DNA of 64,000 nt from a bacterium (GTDB lineage: Bacteria; Zhuqueibacterota; Zhuqueibacteria; Oceanimicrobiales; Oceanimicrobiaceae). Of this stretch, positions 1 to 9,571 are shown one piece after another. Numbering within the stretch: the first letter of the stretch is position 1; every line of letters starts with the position of its first letter. The stretch is from assembly GCA_046757025.1 (NCBI GenBank), contig JBHHXN010000014.1, forward strand, positions 1,070-65,069, in the 5' to 3' direction. The notes under the pieces were generated by a model, which saw only the letters and a program-made list of their open reading frames with translations, had not been told where the DNA came from and did not search any database. A program made the translations under genes and the position numbers.

Positions 1-343
1 TGATAGGTAGGTGTAGTAATTGCACGAGGCGAAGAACGTACCCTCGTTCATCGCAGCGTTCTGCCTGCTGAACCAATTGTCTACGTCTGCCTGCAGTAAC
101 AGCCCACCGCTGACCACTAACCACTAACGGGGTATAAGCCTCTGCAAACGACTTGAAATAACTCGCACCACCGATTTCTAAAATCTGCCCTTCCTCAGGA
201 AATTTCATTTTCGTTATGTACTGGTCAAACAAATTAGTGAACACACCATCTTTGGCCCGACTTTCCAGGCGGTCGATCAAATGCTGTGTGGTCGTGTCGT
301 CAATTTGATTTGAAAAACGATGGGGGTCGCGCGTGCACATAGA
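1..343 (-). CDS. Partial CDS running off the window edge (114 N-terminal codons visible). Hypothetical protein, possibly a class I SAM-dependent methyltransferase ('ILEIGGASYF' resembles motif I).
   Basis: Minus-strand ATG at 341-343 preceded by GGAG. Open frame continues to position 1. Not in the ORF track because no stop lies inside the window. Co-directional with, and downstream of, the nitrilase gene. Confidence 0.35.
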
Positions 344-418
344 ATTCTCCTTCATTTGAATCACCCATGGTTTAAGAGAAAGAATGGTTTCAGCTGCGCC
401 ATTATTTGCCGGAACCGC

Positions 419-1360
419 CTATTTGTTTACCGAAAAGCGGAATACATCCGGTCGGGCATAATGTCCGGCAACATCGAACATCCGCTTGGAGGTGGCGATG
501 AGTTTATAATCGAGGTCAGCGTAGAGAATTTCTTCACTGGCTTGCACTGGGCCAGCTATAAAATTTCCTTTGGGATCGATAATGCAACTGTTGCCGGGAT
601 TGATCCAGTCCTTTCCTTCCGGGTAGAATATTTTAAATTCGTAACTATCTGGAATTTCGCTCATGCGAATCGCGGTACAGCAGCCGATGACAAACATGCC
701 CCCTTCACGGGCGATGTGTCTCAGACTTTGAAGCCAGTTTTCGCTTGAGTCCCATGTGGGCGCTACATGTATTTGAACTCCCTGTTCGTACATTGCCTGC
801 CGCGCCAGGGGCATATAGTTCTCCCAACAAATAAGTCCCCCTACTTTGCCGATCGGGGTATCGATGGCGTTCATGGTATGGCCGTTGCCGCCAGCCCAGA
901 TCAAGCGCTCTCCGCCGGTGGGTATCAGTTTGCGATGTTTACCAAGGATTTCGCCATCCGAATCGATGTAGAGCAAGGTATTGTACAGACTGGCGTTGCT
1001 TGCTTCAGAATTCCGTTCGTGAATCCCCATGGCCAGTGTAATACCAGCCTCCTTCGTGGCCTGGCAAAGTTGCTCTGTAGTTTGGTCGGGAATGGTCACC
1101 GCGTTTTCCAGGAGTTCAAAATACAATTCATTCAGGAGCGCTCCTTTATAATTGGGCACCACCCAAACCCAATCCGGATAACCCGAAATAAAGACTTCCG
1201 GGAAAACTACCAGCCTGGCACCATTGCGGGCGGCTTCTGATATGAGCAAACAGGCTTTATCTACCGTTTTTTTCTTGTCGATAAATACCGGGGCAGCCTG
1301 AACGGCTGCCACCTTTATTTGAACTTTAATTGATTCCATGTATCTTCTCCAGTTTAGCAC
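419..1360 (-). CDS. Carbon-nitrogen hydrolase, nitrilase/cyanide hydratase family
   Basis: 313-aa ORF with nitrilase-superfamily hallmarks: 'AAVQAAPVF' N-terminus, 'VVFPE' catalytic Glu region and a conserved 'CWEN' Cys motif. Confidence 0.8.
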   Translation of the reverse strand: MLNWRRYMESIKVQIKVAAVQAAPVFIDKKKTVDKACLLISEAARNGARLVVFPEVFISGYPDWVWVVPNYKGALLNELYFELLENAVTIPDQTTEQLCQATKEAGITLAMGIHERNSEASNASLYNTLLYIDSDGEILGKHRKLIPTGGERLIWAGGNGHTMNAIDTPIGKVGGLICWENYMPLARQAMYEQGVQIHVAPTWDSSENWLQSLRHIAREGGMFVIGCCTAIRMSEIPDSYEFKIFYPEGKDWINPGNSCIIDPKGNFIAGPVQASEEILYADLDYKLIATSKRMFDVAGHYARPDVFRFSVNK

Positions 1361-1369
1361 ATCAGCTGA

Positions 1370-1873
1370 TTATTTCTTCTCTGCTTTCATCTTCAACCGC
1401 TTAAACTTTTCATTGGTGTCCTGCACCTGCGCTTCAAGGTCTTCCTTCGATTGTGGACCCGATTCGGTGTAACGTTCTTCAAACCAGACCCTGGTGCCGT
1501 TGCCGGACTTCGACAGTACCCAGCGGCAGTTGCAGATGTAGGAGCCGTTCTCCGGATCCAGATTGAATCGCAACTCCTTGTTTTGATCGGCCCGCACCAA
1601 CATGAAGCCACCGGGATCTCCCCAGGCTTTCACTGCAGCTCTATTACCAACATCGGCGAATTTCCTGGCTCCGCCCATATATTCATAACCCAGTATTTCT
1701 GTAAGCTGGGCGACATCTGTCAAGACCTCCCAAACGCGATCGGGAGTCGCATTGATGGTAATCTCTCCACTAAAGCTCTGCCCGCTGAGGGGTTGATTCT
1801 TCGCCTGAGCAAATGCGGATTGGATAGAAAAAAACAGCAATAAACCGACCACAAGATAATTAAAACGAAACAT
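1370..1873 (-). CDS. Secreted SRPBCC-fold protein (polyketide-cyclase/AHSA1-like ligand-binding domain)
   Basis: 167 aa with an N-terminal signal peptide (MFRFNYLVVGLLLFFSIQSAFAQA). 'INATPDRVWEVLTDVAQLTE' is typical of SRPBCC domains. Confidence 0.5.
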   Translation of the reverse strand: MFRFNYLVVGLLLFFSIQSAFAQAKNQPLSGQSFSGEITINATPDRVWEVLTDVAQLTEILGYEYMGGARKFADVGNRAAVKAWGDPGGFMLVRADQNKELRFNLDPENGSYICNCRWVLSKSGNGTRVWFEERYTESGPQSKEDLEAQVQDTNEKFKRLKMKAEKK

Positions 1874-1939
1874 GGGAAACTCCTTGTTTATTTGATGAAT
1901 ATATGATGGATTAAGTTAATGAAGTTGTGTATCAGTCAT

Positions 1940-3352
1940 TCAAACCGAGGGTTTGATATTTTGATTCATTCGGAAAAGATTCTCCGGATCGTATTTGTTT
2001 TTCAACTCCACAAGCCGGTCCCAGGTCGCCTGGGTGTAGGCCTGTTTTACCCGTTCCTCACCTTCATCACTCAAGAAGTTCACATAAACACCGTTGGCGA
2101 ACTGCCTGGTTGTACTGAAAAAGTCACTGGCCCAGGCCGTGCAGCGATCGTCATCACCCGCGTTGTCCCAACGGGTGTGAATGTTCAGGACAAAAGGGGT
2201 TGCGCGGAACGCGTAGGCGGTGGCGTCTTCCGGGACGCGGGCCGGGGCGCCCTCCATGTGCGGGATGAAGACTTCGCAGTTCGGACTCGGAATTTTTTGA
2301 GCGAATTCGATGACCTTGTCGATGCAAGCACTGGATAACTCTTTCAGGTGATGCGACTTCCAGTAGTTTCGAGCGCCATGGGAATTCAGAGCATCGAAAC
2401 CGGACTGCCAGGCGGTCCAGGGATTCATCCCTATGGCCTCGCCATGCGGTTTGCCGAATTCACGTATGGGTTGAATCAATTTCTCGCCTTTTTCCCGGTC
2501 GCCAAGATAGACGAATGCGACCACAATCACCAATCTTCCGTGGACACTCTGGTCCAGAAACGGAAGCGGCGGTGCCGGCCGAACCACCATCCAAACGGTC
2601 ATTTCATCCGGGAGCGTTCGCACATACTCGGCATGAAACTGCATGTAAGCTTTGGCATCTTCGAAACGTTGGATAATAAGTCCTGAGAATACCTCCGGCC
2701 CAAGTTTTGCACACTTGAATTCGAAGGAGGTCACCACACCAAAATTCCCGCCGCCGCCCCGCAGTCCCCAAAACAAGTCCGGATTTTCGGTGCTGCTGGC
2801 GGTGAGTACGGTGCCGTCCGCGGTGACCACTTCTGCTGAAAGCAGGTTATCGATCGACAGGCCGTGCTTACGGCTGATCCAGCCGAAACCGCCGCCCAGG
2901 GTCAGGCCGGCCACGCCGGTGTGAGACACGATGCCGCCCGATACAGCCAGGCTGTGCAACTGGGTTTCCTTGTCGATATCGCTTAACAGACAGCCGGCTT
3001 CTGCGCGCACAATCTTCTTTGCCGGTTCCACCTGAACATGGCGCATCGGCGATAGATCGAGCATCAGGCCGCCATCGCAAACGGCATTGCCTGCCACATT
3101 GTGGCCGCCGCCTTTTACGGCCAACAAAAGGTGGTGAGTGCGTGCAAAATTGACGCCCTCAACCACATCCTGAGTGCCCTGGCAGCGGATAATCAGCGCC
3201 GGCTTGCGGTCGATCATGCCATTCCATATCGCGCGGGCATCGTCGTAACCGTCATCCTGTGGCAGCAACAGATGCCCCTTTAGTCTGACCCGCAATTCTT
3301 CAAATGCGGATGCGTCAAGCTGTTTCTGTACATCCTTTTCTTTATGATTCAT
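1940..3352 (-). CDS. FAD-linked oxidase, berberine-bridge-enzyme-like (FAD_binding_4 + BBE domains)
   Basis: 470 aa. 'VKGGGHNVAGNAVCDGGLMLDLSPM' and 'GGGGNFGVVTSFEFK' are FAD_binding_4 motifs. The C-terminus has a BBE-like segment ('YVNFLSDEGEERVKQAY...NLFRMNQNI'). Confidence 0.8.
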   Translation of the reverse strand: MNHKEKDVQKQLDASAFEELRVRLKGHLLLPQDDGYDDARAIWNGMIDRKPALIIRCQGTQDVVEGVNFARTHHLLLAVKGGGHNVAGNAVCDGGLMLDLSPMRHVQVEPAKKIVRAEAGCLLSDIDKETQLHSLAVSGGIVSHTGVAGLTLGGGFGWISRKHGLSIDNLLSAEVVTADGTVLTASSTENPDLFWGLRGGGGNFGVVTSFEFKCAKLGPEVFSGLIIQRFEDAKAYMQFHAEYVRTLPDEMTVWMVVRPAPPLPFLDQSVHGRLVIVVAFVYLGDREKGEKLIQPIREFGKPHGEAIGMNPWTAWQSGFDALNSHGARNYWKSHHLKELSSACIDKVIEFAQKIPSPNCEVFIPHMEGAPARVPEDATAYAFRATPFVLNIHTRWDNAGDDDRCTAWASDFFSTTRQFANGVYVNFLSDEGEERVKQAYTQATWDRLVELKNKYDPENLFRMNQNIKPSV

Positions 3353-3623
3353 AATTAGCTCCTATGTATTCGTTGAATATATTTCGCCACATAATTTGTC
3401 TGGAACTGTTGTTAGCGGCGATCAATTAATGAAAAATTTGCTACCACAACGCAGCCGGAGTAGTAGGGTGATGGTGTGCCTCTTTCTCATCGTTTCTCAA
3501 GCTCTGGCACAAGATTTACATTCGGAAGATGCTGACGGTAGCAAAAGTTTCGACTTAATATACAAAAGCAACCGTTCTGAAAGCGTTCTGTGAAGCGTTC
3601 TGTGAGAAAAAAATGGCGGGAAT

Positions 3624-6600
3624 TTAGGATTTATACCGTTCTGTCCAGGATTCTACCAGGGTGGTCAAGGCGTTCATTTCCTGAGAATCTTGTCCCCGGG
3701 TAGCCCAACCATAGACATCCTCAAACATCTCCCGGGCGTCTTTTTTTTTGCCAGTTCTAAGCCATAACTGCTTCAGGTTAGCTGCTGCAATCAGGGCATC
3801 CATTTTAGCATTTTGTTTGCGAGCCCCTGTAATCGCTTCTTGAAAAGCCTGCTCAGCATGGGAATGGTTCTGGCCGGGCTCGGCCAACAGAACCGCTCCT
3901 TTTATTTCAAGAACACTGGCCATTGACCAGCATTCGCCGCTGTGTGCCATGCTTTTCAGCACCTCTTCTAACAGCGGGAGGCTCTGGGCAAAAGAGCCGT
4001 TTGCGGCTAACGCTCCGGCAATTAAGGCGCGGTAATAGGCACAACCGATTTCAGAGCCGGTGGCGCGAAAGCGGCTGAGTCCTTCACGCATTCTTTGAAT
4101 GCCGTCCTCCACCTCTCCCATTGTGAAACATGCCCATCCGTAGAGAATCCCGCTCTGGGTTGCAAAATACGGGAATTGGTATTCTTCCGAAAACGCAATC
4201 GATATCTCTGCATGGCTTAATGTGGCATCGGGATCGGCGCGCAGGTTCTGAAGCCAGGCAAACCAATGCAGGGCATAAGCGCGACTGAAGGGGTGCTGTA
4301 ATTCCCGGGCGAGCTCGAGCGCTTCCAGGCCAAGAGATTGCGCCTGGAAGGGGTAGCCGAGATGCCAGAGGACCAGCGACAGCCGAATGCGACAGATTAC
4401 GGCAGGGTCCTGAGCATAAGCGGTGATGTGAGTATGATGATTCCGTGGATCATAGAGACCAATGGCCTTTTCCAGATGCTCGCGCGCCTTCACAAAGTTC
4501 CCCTGCCAGTGATAAGTGACACCGAGAACGTAGTGAGCTTCCACCTCCGCCACCGCATCGTTTTCGTTTTGCGCTTGCTCAAGGAGTTGGCTTCCGAAGC
4601 GCTCAGCTTTCATGATTTCACCACCTACCAGACTGCTAATGGCCAGCATTCTTAAGAGGGGTGAACCGGCGCGCTCGTCAAGCTGCTGGGAAAGCTTCCA
4701 AACCCGCGCGCCAACAACCTGAACTTCGGATGCCCCGTAACCCCGGCCTTGCACCAGGCAAGGGGAAAGAAGGCGCAGGATGTTGAGCTCGCGCCGCTCC
4801 CTTTCCGGGCCTTCGAGGTTCTCCTGCACCAGGAGCAAGGCATGTTGCAAATGCTTTACGGCTTCGTCGTTAGCGTAGATTTGCTGCGCCACCCTCCCCG
4901 CTTGCTCACAATATTGAATGGCGCGGAGTGGGACGCCGGCGTTCTCCCAGTGAGCTGCCAACTGACCACTCACTGGATCCAATTGTCGGGAGTACATCTT
5001 TTCGAGGGATTCCGCTACCCGGCGATGAAGAAGGCAGCTTCGGGTCCTGCTGATCCCGGCAGCGGTAACTTCCCGGATTTTATCATGACTGAAATCGTAG
5101 GCCATACGCCCCTGTTCCCGGATGAGCCGGTGCTGCCACAATTCGTCAAGGCTCTGAATGATGGTTTCCTCGTTTTCTTCGCATGATTTGGATAGAATAT
5201 CAAATGTAAACTCACGTCCGATAATCGCCGACAGCTCCAGCAATTTCTTAGCATGTGAAGAAATCTGAGATAACCGGGATTGAATAACCGCTTGCACTTT
5301 TCGTGGTAAGGGGATATCCTCCGGTATTTTTGTATCGCCATCGGCGCCCGTGTTCCAATCATCCATGAGCGCACGGGTCGTTTCCACAACAAAGAGGGGA
5401 TTGCCTTCTGTACTGGCGTATAATGCTGTAGCGGCCTCATCATCCAGGTTTTTACCCGCGACATGACTGGCGAGCAAAGCCGTCTGGGAGGCATCGATAG
5501 CCCCCAATTCTATTTCTGAAAATATGCTGCTGCGGCGCAATTCCAGCAGGAAGGAGAGTAGGGGGCCGTTGCCGGCCACATCTTCGGTGCGAACGGTTGC
5601 CATAATGAGTGCTTTTGCAGAGGATTCAAATCGCAGCAAGTACTGGAGCCATTCCACCGTCTCCGGATCACACCACTGGATATCGTCTATGAACAGGAGC
5701 AGCGGCTGCTCGGAAGCCATGACCGCACGCGCCAGGGATTCGAAGAGCCGTTTCCGTTGCCAGATTTCAGTAAGCGGTGCGGGCGGGGAGAGATCCGGGC
5801 TGTCGGTCAACAACTCCGGCAGCAAGCGCGCCACCTCGGCTTGCCAAACGGGTTCCAGGCTCAGCACGACCTGGTAAATGGCCTCCGTTCTCAACCATTC
5901 GCTGACCGGCCCGTAGGTGAGGCGCCCCCCGGCCGCGTAGCAGTAGGCCGTGGCTGTTGTAAAACCCTGCTGTCTCACATAGTAGATTAGCTCCTCGGCC
6001 AGGCGGGTTTTTCCGATCCCGGCTTCGCCGCCCAATAGAAACACACGGGTGTTGCCCAGCGTAACCTTTTTCCACGCTTCCAGCAGGACACGCCGTTCTT
6101 GTTCCCGCCCCACAAGTGGGATTTCGGTTTCCATGGGAACCGTGGATTTCGGTTTTGCGTCTTGCTGTGTTAATCGCTCATAAGCTTCCTGAGTTTCTGC
6201 AGCGGGCTCGAGACCTAACTCATCGCGTAAGACCTTTAGACAGCGATGGTAGATGCGCAGGGCGCCCGGTCTATTCCTGTTCAGCGCATGGAGCCGCATC
6301 AACAAGCGGTAGGTGGACTCGTCGAATTCGTCGAGTGTTAGAAGGCGTTCCGCATAGTCGAGGGCTTTTTGATATTTGCCTTGCTGTTCCAGGAGTTGCG
6401 TCAATCGCCTCAGTACCCGGAAAAAAAGCTGCCGCAGACGGTCGCGTTCTGGCTCAATCCACTCTTCATAGCATTCGGGAAGAAGATCGGCGCGATAGAG
6501 CCGGGCGGCTTGTTCCAGGGCTTTCAGCTCGCACGACATTTCGCCGTTTGCCGCGGCCCCTTCCGCTTCCGAGACATACTTTGCGAACTCGGCCACATCG

Positions 6601-6914
6601 ATATGAAGCGGCACGTCAGCACGCCACGATATCCTTCTGCTGTCGATGTTCAAACAGATCTCTATGTCCGGGAAAGCCTGCCGCAAATGATGCAGGAGTT
6701 GACGCAAGTTGGTTCTGGCCTGACTTTCTTCCGAATCCGGCCAGAACAGGAAAGCGATGCGCTGCCGGGTGGTCTCTGCATCGCGATGCAGGGCCAGATA
6801 AGTGAGAAGTGCCCGCATGCGGGCGGTGTTGATACCTTCCACAATTTCGCTTTCACGGAATAATTGAAAATCCCCTAATACGGAAAGAGTGAGTGTTGGA
6901 ATCGTGTTCTTCAT
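3624..6914 (-). CDS. SARP/AfsR-like transcriptional regulator: OmpR-type winged-helix plus BTAD, an NB-ARC-like P-loop ATPase and C-terminal TPR repeats
   Basis: 1096 aa. The N-terminus 'LGDFQLFRESEIVEG...RMRALLTYLALHRD...TNLRQLLHHLRQAF' fits the SARP DNA-binding pattern. It is followed by a BTAD-like helical region. Walker A 'LLGGEAGIGKTRLAEEL' is present, with TPR-like helices in the C-terminal third. Confidence 0.75.
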   Translation of the reverse strand: MKNTIPTLTLSVLGDFQLFRESEIVEGINTARMRALLTYLALHRDAETTRQRIAFLFWPDSEESQARTNLRQLLHHLRQAFPDIEICLNIDSRRISWRADVPLHIDVAEFAKYVSEAEGAAANGEMSCELKALEQAARLYRADLLPECYEEWIEPERDRLRQLFFRVLRRLTQLLEQQGKYQKALDYAERLLTLDEFDESTYRLLMRLHALNRNRPGALRIYHRCLKVLRDELGLEPAAETQEAYERLTQQDAKPKSTVPMETEIPLVGREQERRVLLEAWKKVTLGNTRVFLLGGEAGIGKTRLAEELIYYVRQQGFTTATAYCYAAGGRLTYGPVSEWLRTEAIYQVVLSLEPVWQAEVARLLPELLTDSPDLSPPAPLTEIWQRKRLFESLARAVMASEQPLLLFIDDIQWCDPETVEWLQYLLRFESSAKALIMATVRTEDVAGNGPLLSFLLELRRSSIFSEIELGAIDASQTALLASHVAGKNLDDEAATALYASTEGNPLFVVETTRALMDDWNTGADGDTKIPEDIPLPRKVQAVIQSRLSQISSHAKKLLELSAIIGREFTFDILSKSCEENEETIIQSLDELWQHRLIREQGRMAYDFSHDKIREVTAAGISRTRSCLLHRRVAESLEKMYSRQLDPVSGQLAAHWENAGVPLRAIQYCEQAGRVAQQIYANDEAVKHLQHALLLVQENLEGPERERRELNILRLLSPCLVQGRGYGASEVQVVGARVWKLSQQLDERAGSPLLRMLAISSLVGGEIMKAERFGSQLLEQAQNENDAVAEVEAHYVLGVTYHWQGNFVKAREHLEKAIGLYDPRNHHTHITAYAQDPAVICRIRLSLVLWHLGYPFQAQSLGLEALELARELQHPFSRAYALHWFAWLQNLRADPDATLSHAEISIAFSEEYQFPYFATQSGILYGWACFTMGEVEDGIQRMREGLSRFRATGSEIGCAYYRALIAGALAANGSFAQSLPLLEEVLKSMAHSGECWSMASVLEIKGAVLLAEPGQNHSHAEQAFQEAITGARKQNAKMDALIAAANLKQLWLRTGKKKDAREMFEDVYGWATRGQDSQEMNALTTLVESWTERYKS

Positions 6915-7736
6915 TTTCCGTTCGTTGAATTGTTTTGCGATCTATTTCTTCTCTTTCTTATTTTAGTAAAAGATCCGTTGCGGTTAGCGTAATGCCATGA
7001 GACTCCAATTATGGGCTTTGGACGACTTATTTTGCCGGATAGCAAATATGGCCTGAGTCTTAAATAAGCCTAATAAAAAACAAGATGTAATCTTGATTTT
7101 ATGCTATTGGGCTTACATTGCCAGACGAGGCGAAAAACAGAGAGGCCTCCATACAAGGATATCATGCTCAGTGTCATAAAATCAGACACTTTATGCATAT
7201 TTTACATTAAAAGCTGTGATTTGTATTGATATCCATTATCGACGCCACACAACTTCGTCCAGGAAAAACGCGGAGTGATCTTTGATTTGTATTGATAAAT
7301 TTATAAAAAATCTACAAAATGTCAAGCACTTTCAATGCTTTCTAGTGTACCTGACTGCGAGCTTAACCTGGACTAAAGGCTCCATTCTTCTCTTAAAAAC
7401 AGCCACACATAGCTTGTCATTCAGGAAGAATCTTTTTTGGAATTTGTAAAAACTGTGCTTCAACCAGCCTTTATTTTGTTTACTTAAAAGATCTCGTCAC
7501 TGCGAGATGACGATGCAATTCTCTGACCTGGAGATTGCTGGGCTTGCACTCGCAACAACAAGTCTTGAGTTTTTTTCATTTCGACAGCTTAAGAAGTGAT
7601 TCGCGGAACCGAGTGCGGAATCCTATAATTTTATTATGATGCAATTCTTACAATACGCCTTCCGATCTTTTCCTTGAAAAATAAGATTATTAGCCGTATA
7701 TTTGATGTCAATTTTAGAGGAAGTCAACGTAAACTC

Positions 7737-8936
7737 ATGTGTTCTAAAACCAAACCCGAGCGAATTTATCTCGACCATGCTGCCACCACGCCGGTAGATG
7801 CCAAAGTGGTGCAAGCCATGCTGCCGTATTTTAGCCAGGTGTTCGGCAATGCCTCCAGCATTCATGCTTTTGGCCAGCAGGCCAAAGTCGCTCTTGAAGA
7901 AGCCCGGCGGCAGGTGGCGAAATTGATCAACGCGCAGCCGGCAGAAATCGTGTTTACTTCGGGGGGCACCGAGGCAGACAACTGGGCGATTCAAGGTGCG
8001 GCGGCGCATTTTGCGGGTCACAAAAAGCATATCGTCACCACGGCCGTCGAACATCATGCCGTGCTGTTCGCAGGCAAATATCTAGAAAAAAGAGGCTTTG
8101 AAGTCACCTGTTTGCCGGTAGATAAATTTGGCATGGTAACGCCAGATCAGGTGGCCGACGCCATCCGGGAGGACACCTTTTTAGTCAGTGTGATGCACGC
8201 CAATAATGAAACCGGCAGCCTCAATCCCATAACAGAAATTGGTGCGGTTACTCGCGAGCGTCAGGTTTTGCTGCATACAGATGCGGTGCAAACGGTGGGG
8301 AAAATGCCAGTGGATGTTCATGAATTAAACGTGGACCTGCTGTCCTTTTCCAGCCATAAAATTTACGGACCAAAAGGCATTGGCGCGCTGTATCTGCGCC
8401 GCGGCACTAAAATTGAGAAATTGCTGCACGGCGGCCGGCATGAGCGTGACCGCCGTTCCGGTACAGAAAATGTGCCAGCCGCAGTGGGATTTGGCACAGC
8501 CGCTGAAATTTGTCGAGAAAGGTTAGCTGAAGATATGAATCATTTGTGTCATCTGGGCCGAGAGCTGATTGCGAAAATCACACAGCAGCTTCCTGGGGTG
8601 CGATTGAATGGCCACCCTGAGAAACGTTTGCCCGGTATCGTCAATTTTTCCTTTGCTGGCGTGGAAAGCGATTCATTGATGCTGAGCCTGGATTTAGAGG
8701 GGATTGCCGTCTCCAACGGTTCTGCGTGCAGTTCGGGCTCGGTGGAAGCCTCGCACGTTTTGCAAGCCATGGGGCTGTCCCAGGATTTGAATCGTTCGGC
8801 CATTCGATTCAGCCTGGGCAGAGGCAATACTTCCGAGGACATCGATAGAACGGTTGATGCGCTAACCCGGATCGTGCAGCGATTGCGCGCGTTGAAACCC
8901 GGCAGGAAAAGGGTTGCCGCAGAAGTGCACCCATAA
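7737..8936 (+). CDS. iscS: Cysteine desulfurase (IscS/NifS family)
   Basis: 'RIYLDHAATTPVD', 'SFSSHKIYGPKGIGALYLRRG' (PLP-Lys region) and 'SNGSACSSGS' (active-site Cys loop). Start placed at ATG 7737, which has AGAGGAAG 14 nt upstream. The ORF track's 7674 start adds 21 unlikely residues. Confidence 0.85.
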   Translation: MCSKTKPERIYLDHAATTPVDAKVVQAMLPYFSQVFGNASSIHAFGQQAKVALEEARRQVAKLINAQPAEIVFTSGGTEADNWAIQGAAAHFAGHKKHIVTTAVEHHAVLFAGKYLEKRGFEVTCLPVDKFGMVTPDQVADAIREDTFLVSVMHANNETGSLNPITEIGAVTRERQVLLHTDAVQTVGKMPVDVHELNVDLLSFSSHKIYGPKGIGALYLRRGTKIEKLLHGGRHERDRRSGTENVPAAVGFGTAAEICRERLAEDMNHLCHLGRELIAKITQQLPGVRLNGHPEKRLPGIVNFSFAGVESDSLMLSLDLEGIAVSNGSACSSGSVEASHVLQAMGLSQDLNRSAIRFSLGRGNTSEDIDRTVDALTRIVQRLRALKPGRKRVAAEVHP

Positions 8937-9015
8937 ATTCAATATGACTTGATTGTGAAAAACACTGCAATTCACTTGTGGCTATTATATTAAAAAAGTA
9001 TCGAGCTATTGGCAT

Positions 9016-9035
9016 TTAGCTGTTGGCTTTTGGCC
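9016..9035. repeat. Left inverted repeat 'TTAGCTGTTGGCTTTTGGCC'. Its partner lies at 9469-9512 in inverse orientation.
   Basis: The reverse complement 'GGCCAAAAGCCAACAGC' occurs at 9496-9512. A second partial copy 'GCTAAAAGCCAACAGCTAA' lies at 9469-9487. Together they flank a ~450-bp segment in the iscS-mnmA spacer. Confidence 0.6.
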
Positions 9036-9165
9036 ATTGATGGTGTATTGGTTGCAGACAATGAGAGATTTCAGGACTCTGAATGTTTAGCAAGGTGGGA
9101 TTGCGAGCGTTAAACAAGTTTACCGACTGGCAGAACTTCTCCCTGGTGCAGAAAATTAGCTTAAT

Positions 9166-9198
9166 AAACCTTCCAGGTTTTTAAAACCTGGAAGGTTT
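9166..9198. repeat. 33-bp near-perfect palindrome (AAACCTTCCAGGTTTT-T-AAAACCTGGAAGGTTT): a 16-bp stem hairpin, terminator-like or a protein-binding site
   Basis: The two halves are exact reverse complements. The palindrome sits at the 5' truncation point of the four-helix-bundle gene relic. Confidence 0.6.
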
Positions 9199-9202
9199 AG
9201 AA

Positions 9203-9487
9203 GTCCTGCCGGTTGAGGGAAAACAGGGATTACGATGTCAGATTTGTCGGTCTGCGGTCTCGCAACTTTCAAACATTGCCGAGGGTTGCAGTCGCACCAG
9301 TCAATTAGATTTCAAACGGTTCCTGGAAATGGCTTTAGGTTCGGCATTTGAATTAGAAACTCATTTAATTATCATCGAAGAACTATCTATCATCTCAAAT
9401 GAAGGTATAAAGGTGATTTTGGATCAGTTAAACAAAGAACAAAAGATGATAAATAACCTAATCGGCAAGCTAAAAGCCAACAGCTAA
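9203..9487 (+). pseudogene. 5'-truncated four-helix-bundle protein gene (TIGR02436, the '23S rRNA intervening-sequence protein' family). The first ~35 codons and any start codon are missing.
   Basis: The frame reads '...VLPVEGKQGLRCQICRSAVSQLSNIAEGCSRTSQLDFKRFLEMALGSAFELETHLIIIEELSIISNEGIKVILDQLNKEQKMINNLIGKLKANS*'. This matches the family pattern (FPkeEkyGLtsQlrRAavSIpsNIAEG...AlGSlyElqTqL...). An in-frame stop lies at 9182-9184 and no start codon exists. Confidence 0.65.
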
Positions 9488-9512
9488 CAGCAAACGGCCA
9501 AAAGCCAACAGC
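9469..9512. repeat. Right-hand inverted-repeat block (two tandem partial copies) matching the left repeat at 9016-9035
   Basis: See the left-repeat entry. The block overlaps the last codons and stop of the gene relic. Confidence 0.6.
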
Positions 9513-9571
9513 GGCATAGTTACATCAAAGGGCAGTAGTTAAACAAATGAAATGAATCGAAAATATCCATC

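Noticed and set aside
320-1240. Plus-strand ORFs (320..748, 767..1240) overlapping the nitrilase gene
   Set aside because: They lie antisense within a well-supported CDS with clear family motifs. They have no RBS and no recognisable domains, and are typical shadow ORFs. The same reasoning applies to the many 60-180-aa antisense ORFs in the track, for example inside the SARP gene, the histidine kinases, ftsZ-like, guaB, EF-G, pyrD and the OPT transporter.
6915-7673. Possible sRNA or terminator ('...CAAGTCTTGAGTTTTTTT' at ~7545-7580) in the divergent SARP/iscS promoter region
   Set aside because: The stem is weak (4-5 bp). The region is best explained as two divergent AT-rich promoters. No supportable structure.
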